From: the human T2T-CHM13v2.0 reference genome, Homo sapiens
Assembly: GCF_009914755.1 (NCBI RefSeq)
Contig: NC_060935.1
Strand: one strand, 5' to 3'
DNA: 64,000 nt
A program made the translations under genes and the position numbers. The first letter of the stretch is position 1. Each line of letters opens with the position of its first letter. The notes beneath the pieces were generated by a model. It did not search any database, was not told the origin of the DNA, and worked only from the letters and a program-made list of their open reading frames with translations. Shown here in pieces: positions 47,801 through 62,279 of this stretch.

Positions 47801-49584
47801 CTGATTCCTCAGGAGGGTCTCATGGGCACAGTGTTCCCTGAGTTTTTACACGTTTCACACTGTTTTTCTTTATAGCCTGGATACTTGAGGAACAACTAGA
47901 TATAAAATCCTTGGCTCACACTTTCATTCCTCGAGTTTCTTGAAAATGCTGTTCCACTTTTGCCTTGCTTTTATATGCTACTTTTGAGAAATCTGATGGA
48001 AGACTAATTTTCTCAGCCATTAAGTAACTTGTTCTTTTTCCTAGAGTTCCTGAAGATATTTTCTTTGTCTTTAAAGTCTAGTAACTTTACTACATGTCTT
48101 GGGGTTGACCATGCTAAGTCAGTTTTCCCAGGGCTACAGTGGGCCCCTTTTGATATGTTGATTTAGGTTTTTTCTTATTTCTACTATAAAGTTTTCTTGG
48201 ATAATAGCTTTAAATATGTATTTGGTTCAAATACTTCTTCTTTAGATATTTCAATTACATGCATGTTGGGTCTTCTTTGCCTGTCTTCCATTCAACCACT
48301 TTATATCTCTGACCCTTCTGATGTCTGTCTTTACCTCATTCTCATTCATATCTGCCTTAAGTGACACATTAAATTTTCATTTCAATACATTCTCCCTTAC
48401 ATCTTGTAATTTATTTCTTATTTGTGATTTTTCCTATTTCTAAGTATTTCATACACAGGAATCCTAGTTCAAGAGTGTTCCCTCTGTCACTATAGTGAAG
48501 TTCAGTTTATTTCAAAGACAATGTTGAGCTGTTAGGGGTGAGCAAAAGCAGCTGGCATGTCTTCTAGTTCTCTTTCATTTCTGCAGGACCACCAATTTTC
48601 CCCATTACTTTGTTCTTTCCCTCCCTTGCCATCTGAGGGGCATCTCCACTGCTCTATTTATCTCTCACCTCCAGAAGCAATGTTTTGTCAAGGCTTCCCC
48701 CTTCAGTCCTGCTCAAATTCACATTCCTGTACTCAGTGCTATGAATTACTAACTTCTAGACCTGACCTCTGTTTAGACGTTTAACAGTTTAAATTAGACT
48801 TTCTCTTTCTGAAGGAGATTTTCATGGTGCTTGATCCAGTTTCCTGCTCCCCGCTCTTCTTTTCCAACGAAATACTAAAGACTCCCCTCCCCCACTCTCC
48901 ATGCTTGTAGCAGCAACAAAAATTTTCTGTTTTTATACTTATAGATAATTTGAGGTTCATGGTATCCTTGATCTCCTCGCAATGCTAAAAGAGTAATTTC
49001 ATGAATGGTTTACTTGTGCTTCAAGTTGAATTCACAGGTTTTAGGGGAGGATGTGTTGAGAGATCAGGATTTTAGCAGCCTCCATTAGCCCAGTGCCAAC
49101 TGGAATTCAGCATATTCATTCTTAATAAGAGTAAAGTGATGCCTTAAGATACTGGAAGATGCTTGAAAACAGTCTATAAAATTATTTACATATTCTTCTT
49201 CTAATAACGTAACTAATATGTGTAGAGTAAAATTCACAGAATTATCAGTTCCAAATTCCTGAAGTCAAAACTGATGAGGATTTTCTATAATTCAAAGTTC
49301 CCAACTTTTCTTTTGGCTGGTTTTTCTAACCCTTTAATCTTTAGGACATTCTCCATACATTGTTTTGTAGGATTTCCTTGTTTCTTGTTTTCCAGTTTCA
49401 AAGGTGGCACGGTCTAGAACTATACACAGTAAAAATTGTTTCCCCAGTATTAGGTCTACTGGGATATCTACTATCTCACATTTACTCTAGAAATTTATTA
49501 TGTTCACCTTCTGTTTGGATAAAGCCTATATCCTTTTCTGTTATACTCTATACAAAATACACTGGTACTCTTGTAAACCTATCA

Positions 49585-50285
49585 CATTGGTTTCCTAGGG
49601 CTCTCATAATCAAGTACTACAAGAGAATTTATTGCCTCAAAGTTCTAGAGGCTATTAGTCTGAAAAAGTGCTGGGAGGGTTGGTTCCTTCTAAAGGCTGG
49701 GAGGGAAAGCTCTGTTCCAGGCAGGCCTCTCTCCTTGGTTTATGGACAGTCATCTTCAAGTTCACATGACATTCTCTCTGTAATCATGTCTGTGTTTAAA
49801 TTTCCCCTTTTTATAAGGACACCAGTCATATTGGATTAGGGACCCTCCCTACTCCAGCAAAGCCTCACCTTTTTTTTTTTTTTAGACAAGAGTTTTGCTC
49901 TTGTTGACCAGGCTGGAGTACAATGGTGCGATCTTGGCTCACTGCAATCTCTGCCCCGCCAAGTTCAAGCAATTCTCCTGCCTCAGCCTCCAGAGTAGCT
50001 GGGATAACAGGTGTGCACCACCACGCCCAGCTAATTTTTGTATTTTTAGTAGAGACAGGGTTTCACCATGTTGGTCATGCTGGTCTCGAACTCCTAACCT
50101 CAGGTGCCTCAGCCTCCCAAAGTGCTGGGATTACAGGCATCAGCCACTGCTCCTGGCCATGGTCTCATCTTAACTAATTACAGCTACAATTACCCTATTT
50201 CTAAATAAGGTCACATCCTGAGGTATGCAAGGCTATGACAACATATAAATTGAGGGGTGGGGGGACTATTTAATCCATAACAACC
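49585..50285. mobile_element. MLT1 (MaLR) solo LTR
   Basis: ataaggacaccagtcatattggattaggg...taaataaggtcacat. Confidence 0.75.
49870..50158 (-). mobile_element. AluS-like element nested in an MLT1 LTR
   Basis: Alu sequence with a poly-T head on the + strand. Confidence 0.88.
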
Positions 50286-51057
50286 ATCATTATTAGTTGT
50301 ATGAACTTCAGTTTCAACCATCAGTATGTTAATATTTTTATTCCTAAATGTACTCCACTGCCCTTGCTGACTAGAGTTCATTTGCTTTTATTCATTTAGC
50401 TTATCCAAATTATCAGTTATTTGACCTTTCTGATTTCTTTCTGTCAGGGAGTGTGCAGTATGTTCTGTGCTGTACTAAGCATACTATCTGTCCTCAATAA
50501 AGATAGTTATCACTACCAATATTTCAAAAACTGAACAATCTGTTATTTAAAGCACACTGCCCAAGAGATCACAGCAGTAAGGAAAGTACGGAAAATGGTA
50601 AGTTTTTTCATATCTTTAACAACAATATGAACTCTAAATGATGTTTATTTGTAATGGCATTATTGAAGAGTTTATTTTTAATATCATTTAAAATAAACCT
50701 GGAAATCTAGAATTGTTAAAATTACCTATAAATACTAGTTTTGTAATTCACAGAATTAAGTTTTTAAAAATAGTATTACAATGTTCAGAATCCGAAGTAA
50801 AAATTAGTTGGGACCTCCGTCACTCTGAACAAACTCACATTGTTTAGCAGCTATCATATTTATTTAACTTTGTTCAACAGTGTGATCCCTATTATTACAC
50901 TTTTCCTTACTTCTTAAAGTCATTAATTTTCAATGTTACATTTTCTAGAAAACATTAAACATGACTTACTGTGAAAAATAGCTTTTCATATATATATTTG
51001 CTTTAAATTCATCTCATCCTTCACGTTTAAAACCTTAACAAAAATTTAATTATTCCT

Positions 51058-51325
51058 GGGTACAAAAAATACAGATAGGTAGGAGGAATAAGATCTAATG
51101 TTCTATAGCACAATACGGCAACGGTAGTTAACAATAATTTGTTATGTATTTCAAAATAACTAGAGAAATGGATTTGAAATGTTCCCAACACACACAAAAA
51201 AAGGATAAATATTTGAGATAATGGATATCCCAATTATCCTGATTTGATCATTACATATTGTATGCTTATATCAAAATATCTTATGTACTCCACAAATACG
51301 TACAATTACTTGCCCACAAAAATTT
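51058..51325 (+). mobile_element. L1MA 3' fragment
   Basis: tgggtacaaaaa...gataggaggaataagatcta...gatttgatcattacatattgtat. Confidence 0.7.
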
Positions 51326-51547
51326 TTTTTATTGAATTATTCCAGGAAACTCCTTTAACTCTCTTATAATGAGATTAAAGTAAGTTAATTTTTCGAAGTT
51401 TAAATAATTTGAGATTAAAATACTTCTTAATAGTGTTAGGAATTTAAGAAGTACATATTTATTTACTATTTTGATTCTACCATTAAAGAACCATGCAATG
51501 TGACGTTACTAGCTAAGTTCTAACTATGCGCTTAAATACATTTTTCT

Positions 51548-51631
51548 TTTTTTTGAGACAGAGTCTCACTCTGTCACCCAGGCTGGAGTGCAAGGGCGTG
51601 GTCTTGCCTCACTGCAACCTCCGCCTCCCAG
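51548..51631 (-). mobile_element. Severely 5'-truncated Alu (~85 bp)
   Basis: Alu 3' end only; 15-bp TSD TAAATACATTTTTCT at 51533-51547 and 51632-51646. Confidence 0.88.
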
Positions 51632-53283
51632 TAAATACATTTTTCTAACTACATCTGAAAAATCTCTAAGACTTTCCCTCCAGTTTTAGTATACAGAGAG
51701 GTAACATTACATACTAAAAAATGTTTATCTGTTAAACTAAGTAAACTAAGAAAAGGTAAAGCAATCAGGTTTTAAGACTGAGCATATCAACTTGAATGAT
51801 ATAAAACAGCTCTTAAATCTAAAGAGTAAATTGAAAGACACCTAACTAGAAATATCTAGGAAATACTTAGTACCCAAGAAGTTGCATCTTTAAATGGTAA
51901 GAGCCTATATAAACCTAGATCTCTGAACATTAGATTAATAAATAGAGTCAACTAGTCATTTATAACTTTTAGAAGCTCCAGGTAATACTATATATAACAT
52001 GCTAAATTGTATTTTTGTTTCCAATTTAGGTATACACTATAGAAAAATGCAGTAATATGATTTCCTTACACTTAACTCTAATTTTTTAGGAGAGCTTTTA
52101 GCCCTGGCATTGGTCACAAGGCTGAGTGGGGCATTCCAGGCTTGAATACAATTGCGTGCTTGAGAAACTTTAGGTTGGTTTAATGTCACTGAAACTGAAG
52201 GTAAATGTATATGGCAGAAGATTAAGCTGGAAAGCTTGATAAGTTTTCTAATCAGTGTTGTCGAGAATCGCGTCCCTTTCCTATGGAAGGTTTCTGGCTC
52301 AGATTCAAGAAAGATGGCACCCATCACTACCACCATATCCTCCCCTTGGTTATTTCACACTGTGATGTCAGATGAAAAGCAGTGAGGTATGAGGTAAAGA
52401 ATTAGCATTCATACTCTCTCTGGGAACTGCCTGTGGAATTCCCTGAAAGACATATATATGAAAGTGGTTACCAGGAGTTGTTTTTCCTGGCACAATAGAC
52501 TCTCATGGCTTACCTTTTAGTTTGCTAGTGAAAAGGATGTCAAAGACTATGATGGCTTTTATGCACAACAGCATTATAGGCGAACACATTAAGGAAGCTG
52601 ATGCAAAGAGGAATAAGCCCTCTCACAAAATTTACTGGTTTCTGGCCCTTCTCAAAAACCCCTATTAATAGAATGTCATCCTCACTAATATCCACTAACA
52701 ATAGTCCCTCAACACAAAAGCTCTCTGCCTCATAACTGAATGTATTCAATTAAATAGGTTACAATGGTTTCCTATTCAATTTCACAAATATTAATGAGGC
52801 CCTAATATATGTTAAACACCATTAGATGCTGAGAATAATTACTAAAACTCAAAAAAAAATCCTGCCTTCATGGAGCTCAAATTTTAGTGAAGGAAAGAGA
52901 CAATAAGATAATAAGTAAAACAGAGATAAGTTGGATAGTGTTAAGTGCTAAGGAGAAACACAAGGATTGAGACAGCCTCTAATTTTGGAGAGACAGCCAA
53001 AGGAGGCCTCACTGAGAAAGTGGCATTTCAAAGAAGTCCTGACGAAGGAGCAGGAGTGAGCAGCGTGGATATCCTGTGGGAGGGAGAGTAATCTAGGCAG
53101 CAGGAACAAAGGCAAAGGCCCTCAGGATGGGAGTCTGGTGTGCTTAAGGAACAAGGAGGGCAGGGTAGCCAGAGAGGAATGAGTGCGGGGGAGGAGTAGG
53201 GGATGAGATCAGATCAGAGGTGACAGAAAGCAGACTGCACATAGCCTTGTAGACCATTCTACGTGACATGAAAAGCCACTAGA

Positions 53284-53599
53284 GCAGTGCCTTCCAGTAG
53301 GAATGCAATGTAATATAAATGTAAATTTACGTTACACAAATTTTTTGTAGTAACTTTTTTACAAAGAAAAAAGGAACAGGTGAAATTAATTTTAATATTT
53401 TATTTAACTTACCTAAAATATCATTTCAACATGTAATCAACAGTAAAAAATTAAGATATTTTGGATTCTATTTTTCATACTAAGTCTTTGAAATGCAGCA
53501 TGTATTTTACACTTACAGCACATTTCAGTTTGAACACACCACGTTTCAAGCGCTCAATAACCATATAACTAAAGGCTATTGCACTGAACAGCACAGCAC
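53284..53599. mobile_element. MER33/MER3-like hAT DNA transposon
   Basis: caggtgaaattaattttaat...tttacacttacagcacatttca; flanking CACTAGAG duplication. Confidence 0.7.
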
Positions 53600-55559
53600 T
53601 AGAGAGTTTTGGGCCTTGGAGTGATATCATCTGATTTACATTTTAACCAGATTCCTCTGGGCCTATTTTCTCATATGTACAATGAAAATAATAACTTCTA
53701 TTACATAGGAGTTTTGTGATGTCATCACAAATGATAATGTATATGAAGTTATTATATATATTACATATATGTTACATAGATAGAATATGAAGAATGAAAT
53801 AATGTATATGAAGCACACAGCCTAGACCCTGGCACATAAATAAGTAATCAATAAACACTTTTTTTGTCTTCCTCCATATATTAGAAGCATATTAAGCTCT
53901 ATGGGATTTTTAAATGCCAATCTTTGACAAAAATTAGAAATAATTTGATAATAATTAATACTTCTGAGCATTTATGACCTATAAACTGTGCTGTAAGATT
54001 GAGTATGCAAAGATGGGCAAAACATGTTATATCTGCCAGAAGGAAATAGAGATTAGTGAGGGAGATAAACACTTAACAACTCAACATAGTAAACAGAGTT
54101 AAGAATATATGAAATAAAAACTGACACCCCAAAGGAATTAAAGATTATAGAACCCAATTTACATTACACATAATGTCTATTATTTTCGCCCAATGTTTTG
54201 CTGTAATTTTTGGCTAAGTACTAAATTGGGCAGCTCTGGAAAATGCTGTGATTATTATTGTAAAAATTAATGATGCCTTATAAACTAAAACACTATTAAG
54301 GAATAGGTGTGCTATCTATTTATGAGTGGAGAAATTATATATAAATAAGAAACACTAGCTTGATTCAATATTATACAACATTTATTATACACCATATATC
54401 TGATGTTAGGTGTATTACATAGTACACCATAGGGATACATTAATGGTGCATACAAATGGAACATTCTTAAATTAGGCAGTGCTTGTATGCTCTCTTATTT
54501 GCCAAGAAAATTGTTTGAATCTCAATTTTCAAGCCTAAAACCAATATAAATTTCAAGTTGTAGACAGAATGTTCTAAAATCACATTAATTTAGCAATATC
54601 CTATGTATTAAAGTCTTAAAAATGTTTATTTCTTTCACCTAGTAATTCTACTTCTGGCAAGCTAGTGTATGCAGAAGAGGATTTTGCACAAGAATGTTCA
54701 TTAAAACATTACTGACGTTGAAAATTGCGAAACAACCTAAATGTACAGCAATCAGGAAATTACTAAATTAACTAAGGCACAGTTACTTTATGAAATATTG
54801 CACTGACATTAAATTATGGTTGTGAGGTCTGAGTAAAACAGGGAAAAGTGTATCATATGCTAAGTGGGAAAAGTTGAATATCTGCAATATGATTACAATC
54901 ATGTTTTTAAAAATTAACTAGAAATAAGGGGAAGTAAATATATCAAAATGTGAGCAAGTTTACCAGAATATAGACGGACAATTGGATCATTAGTGTGCTT
55001 TTCCTTCTCTGGAAAATGTAAAAAAATATAAAAATAAAAAAAATTTAAAAAAGTAGTTGTAGCAAACTTGCATTACTTTTATAATAAAATTTAAAAATCA
55101 CTTGTATTTTGGCAATAGAAAAACTAAAAGAAAGTAGAAATAGTTTCATTTTTTAAAATAACATAATATTGTCACCCGAATCTATAAAGTACTCTCTAGA
55201 TATAAAATAAGAACCATTACTATTTTGTTCATTTCTGAGGTGGAAGAAATATACACAGCAAGAAACTTTCCAGAGGTCCCTATGGGATATGAAATAAAGT
55301 GCAGACCTTAAGCTATTTACATACCTTACGAGAACCTGTATCTTAACATCTCTACCAGTGCTTTTTACATAAATACCCATTTTTGGAAATTCTTTTTTTA
55401 AATTAAATAACACTTGGTCATTGTAGAAAATCAGAAAATATATAAACATTTTTGAAATTAAAAATTACTTCATTACCCACAAATTACTACTGTTAACATT
55501 TTAGAGTACATGTTCACAGGCACACACACATACACACAAACAACTCTCATTATGTTCTC

Positions 55560-56915
55560 ATTCTGTCTCCTAGCTTTAAATACTATCTATATGCTGATAA
55601 CATCCAAATTTACATTTCCAGACCAGACCTTTCACTAATGCTAGACATAAAATCCAATTGCCTACTTGACATGTGCACTTTGATATCTAATGGACATCTC
55701 AAACTTAACATGCCCCAAACTGAACTGGTCTTCACCAGCAAGCCTGCTATTCCTGCAACTTTACCCATTTGTATTAGTTATCTATTGCTGTATAACAATT
55801 TATGGCTATTGTCCGGAGCCCTCAGTTTTGTGCAACATGGAGCTTTCCTTAGGGCTGCTTGAGTCTCCTCACAACATGACAGCTGGCTTCTCTTCAAGTG
55901 AGTGATTCAAAAAGAGAAGGCAAGGAGGAAGGCACAATGCACTTTATTATCTAGTATTGAAGTCATACATCATCACTTCTACCATAATCTATTCATTAGA
56001 CACAAGTTACTAAGTCCAGCCCCCACTTGAAGAGAAGGAAATTAAGTTTCTCCTACTTAAGAGAAAAACATCAAAGACTCTGTAGGTATATTACAAAACC
56101 ACCATAATATCCCAGTTAATAACAATTTCATTCTTCTAGATACTCAGGTCCCTGGAGTCTTCCATGTCTCCTCCGTTTTACTCTCTAACCCTCACCCATT
56201 CTGTCAGGAAATCACACTGGTTCTTTCAAAATATACCTAGAGACTAACTATGTCTATTCACCTCCACTGCCACTACCATACTGCTCTGAAGGACACCCAT
56301 ATCTTTCCTGAATTACTGAAATATTCTTCTGCTTTTACTTTTGCCCCCTTACAGTTTATTCGTCACATGGCAGTCAATGCAATCCTTTTAAAACAAGGCA
56401 GATCATGACACTCCTCTGTTCAAACCCTGCATTGTTCTCCCCTTCCCTCAGGGTAAAAGTCACAGTTTACATTACCTACAAGACCCTACATAATTTGGCC
56501 CCATCGCCACCTCCATCACTCTGCTTCAGCCACTTTGGCCTCCTTGCTATTCCTTTAGTTATTCTTTCTGCCTGGAGTAGTCGTTCCCCAGATATCCATT
56601 TGGCTAATTTCCTTACCTCTTCCAGGTCTTTACTCAAATTGTACCTTTTCAATAAGGCCCATCCCAACCATTTTATAAAATACTGTAAACTGCCTAGCCC
56701 CCACCCTCATTCCTGATTTCCCTTACCCTGCTCTTGTTTTCCATAGCACTTTTCACCTAACATACTATATAATTAACTGGTTATTGTCTTTACTGCTTAC
56801 TCTCTGCTTCCCATTACTAAATACAAGCTCCATTAAGAACAGGAATTTTTATCTGTTTTGCTCACGATGTATCTCAAGTGCCTAGGGGAAGCTCAATGAA
56901 TATGTGTTGAATTAA
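55560..56915 (+). mobile_element. L2 fragment with a nested MLT1-like LTR (~55770-56105)
   Basis: catctcaaacttaacatgcccaaa.tgaact L2 signature; LTR begins tgtattagttatctattgctg. Confidence 0.65.
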
Positions 56916-57154
56916 TGAAAATATAAAACTTAAAAAAACTGAAATAATTTGAAACTTTTTTTCAGTTAAAGAAAATGTACATGCTGAACATCTTTCCACA
57001 TCACTTTTAATGGTAGGCAATGTAAAACTATACCACAATTTAACCAATTTCCTTTCATTGTACTTTACTTAACAGCTTTTCTCTATATACTATAATGAAA
57101 ACCTCTTGATATAAGTATGGGTTACATTACTTATTTCCTCGGGAAATATTCTGA

Positions 57155-57479
<325 letters not shown>

Positions 57480-57579
57480 GATATGTACATTTTTAAGGCT
57501 AAATATATTATCCCTTTCCTGCCAGCAATGCATGAGAATACCCATTTCTCCATATCCTCACTAAGACAGGTTATTAATG

Positions 57580-57770
57580 AATGAAACCTGAGTTCACATT
57601 TGGGTTCTGCCATTAATAAGCTTAAAATTACTGTATCTATAAAATGGAAATCATGATAGCACCTATCTCAGTTGCTGTGAGGATTAAAGACAATGCATAG
57701 GTAAAGCACTTAGCACAGTGTTTGCACACAGTAAGCACGCAATAAAATGTTAAGTTTATTGTTTCTACCA
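57580..57770. mobile_element. MIR element (other MIR-like fragments near 14140, 25220, 29940, 31210, 42240 and 59280)
   Basis: tctataaaatggaaat...ttgctgtgaggattaaa...taaagcacttagcacagtg core. Confidence 0.7.
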
Positions 57771-58269
57771 TTATTACGGCCTGAAAACAATTCCATTGCA
57801 AAGTGCCCTGCAGGCTATTAGAGGAATAACAACAACCTATCAGTTACTTATAATACGGTATTTTTTAAAGTTCAACGGTTTTCTTGAAGATTCCATTTAG
57901 ATTTAATTTTTTAATTACATTTAATCAGCATCGAATGAAAAATACTCCCAAGTACAGTACATATAACTGGGAGAGCGATCATTTTACCACCCTGATCCTT
58001 ACTTTTTTATTTTGGACAGCGGGAAACCGTAAACAAACACGCCCTGTCGCCAAGAAACAAGATGGGAGGAAAGCAGCAAAAAACAAACAAACTTTGCCAA
58101 GTGAGCAAGCTACAGGTATCTCCTGTTCATTCTGGTCAGCACGACCTGTTCGAAACTCTGGGATAACAAGGAGTAAAATGAGGATTCATCTGGAGATTCC
58201 GAATGGGGCTGCAGCATTTGAAAAGCAGAACAATGATAACTTCCTTAAAGCATCATTGGGAAAAAAACC

Positions 58270-59040
58270 GTGAGTCACGGCGCAGGCTCTCGCGTCTTTG
58301 ACGTGTACCCACAGGGCCCCGCCCCACTCAACACACACACTCACCCACACGCGCGCGCGCAAACACACACACACATATTTTAACGCCCTATTCAGGCCTG
58401 GGCTTCGTCTGACCAAGTTCTCGGGGTCAGATAACCGGTTCCTTTGCGGATGCTGACCACGGGGTCAGTTAGCAATCGGGCCTCAACTCAGGCCAAGCGC
58501 GGGGCCCCTGGAGGTGTGGGCGCACCCGACTCCCGCACAGACCCCCGCCCACGTCAGCCCCGGCTCCCTGCCCACGCACAACACCGACCTAGCTCCTCGC
58601 GCCTCGCCGCCCCGGCAGCCGCCGGCGTCGCCGCCGCTTCCATCTCTCGCGGGTCTCCAGGACGCCGCCGCCCGAGTGCTCACTCTCCCGCCGCTGCGTG
58701 TTCGGCGTCAGGCCCAGGCCTACCTCCCCTGCCCGGAGGGACCCGCGCCTGGTGCCCGCCTCCCTGCCCCGGCGCTCCCCAACCGCGCGGCGAGGAGCAT
58801 GCGCAGTGGGACAGCCCGGCTCGGCGGGCACCGCCGGCGAGGGGCGGGAGGGGCCGAAGACCCGAGGACTGCTGCGAGGCCGGGTTGGGTAACCCGAGAG
58901 GAGGGTTGGGTAACCTGAGATCAGCGAGGGTGGGACCTTAGAGCTAGCCGAGACCCGGGCCCATAGCTCCCTGGGGGTTTTAAAGATGACGGCGAACTTA
59001 AATTTGGGGCGCCTGTCCGTATGCAAGGCGTTAGCGTTCT
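58270..59040. promoter_or_regulatory. CpG-island promoter and exon 1 of SLC36A4, with an NRF1-like GCATGCGCA (~58797-58805) and a GC box GGGGCGGG (~58841-58848)
   Basis: Only strongly GC- and CpG-rich segment of the window; spans the start codon; no obvious TATA box. Confidence 0.88.
58589..58643 (-). CDS. SLC36A4: PAT4 coding exon 1 (MEAAATPAAAGAARREEL/D, 55 nt)
   Basis: ATG at 58643 in strong context GAGAGATGG; in-frame TGA 13 codons upstream; donor G|GTCGGT. Confidence 0.95.
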
Positions 59041-62000
59041 GTAAGTCACCTTGGAGAATGCGAAGAAGGACGGGATTTGTCCCCTACCCATGCTGAGGTT
59101 CTGACTACTCTGGTTATTCGTCTCCCTGTTTCTATAGTTAGAGTTACAGGAGACACTTAAATAGAATTTAATTAAGTCATATACAATTTCACTTTCAGGA
59201 TATTTCAATGTCCTTCCAGATATTTGACGTTGACCGTGGTGCTGAAAGAAAATTAAGGTAAAGACTAAGTGTACTGATGTAGTTTCAAGTACTCCTAAGC
59301 ACCATACATACATTATCTTTAATTCTGACTACAATTTGTGAGATAATTCTAATATTTACATTAACGCTAAAGATGAAGGGATTAAGGCACGGAGGTAAGT
59401 AACGTGTCTGGGGACAGGAAGCTTGTACATGGCAGAAGTAGAATCCTTCTGCCTTCAGAGCTGGAGCTCTCGAAAAATATGCAAAGCTGGCCTCCCAGAT
59501 GGGTACCAATGAATATTCGATGAATCAATGGATGAAGCAAGCTTTTGGTTTAAAAGGAAAATATTTATTTTAATTTTAAAATCGCTTTCTTTTTTTTTTC
59601 ACTTCATAGTTCTTGGAAGTCAGTACACCAGACAATCCTTTTTATTTGTGTCCGTTTCATTCAGTGGGGTTGCTTTAGGAAAGGGTTTTTTTTGGGGGGA
59701 GTGGGTCTGATTAACAGTCACTGATGTAACTATATGGCAATGGTGTTAAATATTTAAAATTCTGAGATTAAAAAGGTACGCAGTTACATACTATCTACAT
59801 CTTTCCTCCTGTTGCATCCTCTGTAGGCTTTCACTAGATAACTAGTGATAATGACAGTTTGCCAACCCCCTTTTTTTTCCTTTAAGTGAACCCAATTTGT
59901 TCACATACATACACATGCAAATCCCAAAAGAAGGTTTTATTTGAAGTGTTCCTGACAAATAAAGGGGTAAAGGAGATTTTTTTTAAAAAAGAAGAAGAAG
60001 AAGAAATCTATTCTGGAACATAGCTAGAGCAATGTTCCCTAACCTGTGTTGGGGTGGATCACCTGGTTAAAGATCAGCAGGAGAGAAGATAGGCATCAGA
60101 CAGAAATTATAGGACCAAGGTAATTTTCCATAAACCACTCATTATAATGAGAACATGTGGGACAGCATCTTAAAAGAACATTATCCTTTGAGAGTTAAAA
60201 GGGATCAAAAGTCATTGTCCCCTAATCTCAGCTTCAGGGAAAGCAGATCTGGCAATATGGAAGGAAGAAAAGTTTGACTTGTAGTATAGGCCTGAAATCT
60301 TTTGAAGAGGGTTGGGCTGAGGTAGGAGGCCCAATGTCTTTACAGTGATGTGGAGATAAAGCAAGTGATAACAATGATCATAAGATTCAAGAGAAATATG
60401 TTTTTCATGCATCTCTACTTGAGAACATATTTACTAGGACTTCTACTCCAGGTCTTATAAATTAGAAGCAGATATAAAGTACAGCTGTATCAAAATAGAG
60501 ACATTATACAGAATGTGACAATTTGAACCCTGGAAATTCATTTCTTTTCCTGACTTTAACTTCTTGCATCACATCTTAACTACTTCCTTCTTTGCAACTG
60601 CAGCACTTTGTTCGTATCTCTGTTACAACACTTCTCCACTTATAATTATTCCTCTTTCTGGGCTTTATACTATGCTGTATACTATTATGTGCAAGGCACT
60701 GTGCTAGGCCTGTTGAGGAATTAACTGTATTTGTCTTTGTCCAAACAGGCCTAGCACAGTGACTTACAAATACCAGTCACTCAATGAACAGTTGTTGAAA
60801 GTTACTGAATATAGCCTCATAGGTATATGAAAGGAAACATTTAGAAGTCTTTAATGTATTCAAGCACATTTTACGGAGCACCTTCCATATATCAGGAAGT
60901 ATGCTAGATGCTGGGGCTAGAAGGGCAAATAATGTTGGTATGGTCCCTACTGTCATGGAGTTCATAGTATATAGCATGTGACAGAACAGAACAAAACAAA
61001 ATACTAAATATGTCATTACAATTGTTGGTTAGGAAAATAACAGGGTACCACCACGGAACCTACTTTAGATTGAGAAGGTGGGATAGTCTTATCTGAAGAC
61101 ACTTAAGCTGACACATGAAGGTAAGAAGGAGTTGGCTTGGTGTGTGTAGAGGGAAGAGCATTTCCAGCAGTGAATCTAGCCTTTCCTCTTTTACAGATGG
61201 AGAAATGGTTCTGTTTTAGACACCTGTGGAACATCTAGATAGAGTTGTCTATTATATAATAGTTAGATCTCTAAAGTTTTCTTATGTGAAAAATAATGTC
61301 ACCAACCTTACAAGTTGTGAAGATTTAATGAGATAAAATATATAAAGCATTAACACATTGCCTGATTCACAGGAAGCATCAAATAAAGTGAGCATATTAG
61401 CTATAGTTTTTTTTTTTTAATTGCAATACAGAGGACAATTCAAACTAGCTTAAGCCAAAAGAGGAATTTAATGAGGACACTGAGATTGCTAGAACAGAGA
61501 TGAGACTGGGCTCAGGACAACTGATTCTTATGCCTATGAGACTCTCTTCTTCAGTGATCGCTTTTCTCTGTGCATCTGCTTGTGTGTCTGTGCAGGTTTC
61601 CACTGCAGAACTCCTCTGCTTCTCAGGTTCACCTGGTAGGAAACATGTTTCCTAAAAGCTCTCAATTCTTTTATCTTAGAGTTTGAATGATCAGAAACAT
61701 ACTGGTCTCTTTTTCTCGGTTTCAGTTTTAAACATTTCCTAGGGAAGAGCTGTGATTGAGTCATTTTGGATCAGATTCCCACCCCTGGACTAGTTAAGTA
61801 AGTGAGTGTTGGACAAAGTCATATATTGTGGTAGTTCCTGATACAACCATGTAGATGACATTGTGGAGAAGGAAACAGTTTTCCAAAGGAACAGCTGAGC
61901 AGACCAAATCCTATGTATCCTCTCTATTTGATTCCCCTCTGTGGAAAATATTACTCATTTTGTATCCTAAGGCTGTTTTATCCTTCTCTGTTTTCAGTGG

Positions 62001-62279
62001 AAATAGAGACAAGCTTCTCACCATCTTCTCATTAATATCTGGCTTAATGACTTCTCTATTCTGTTAATGAACCTAGGAAACATGCTGATCAGCACTGGTT
62101 CTCTTAAGAGGTTCTTTGTTGGAGTAATTGTTCCTGACAACCTTACTTTTATTAAGAATAACTTGATTTTATTTAACTCTTTATGACAGATTTAGCAAAT
62201 TGAAAAAAACTGAAAACTAAGTGCCTGGAAAAGAGAAATGATGCAGATAGCAGAAGTTTAACTTCTTAACAAGCCTCTG

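Noticed and set aside
58444-59026. Overlapping 130-165 aa Pro/Arg/Ala-rich ORFs on both strands
   Set aside because: Expected stop-codon depletion in a CpG island; only 58589-58643 fits the spliced protein
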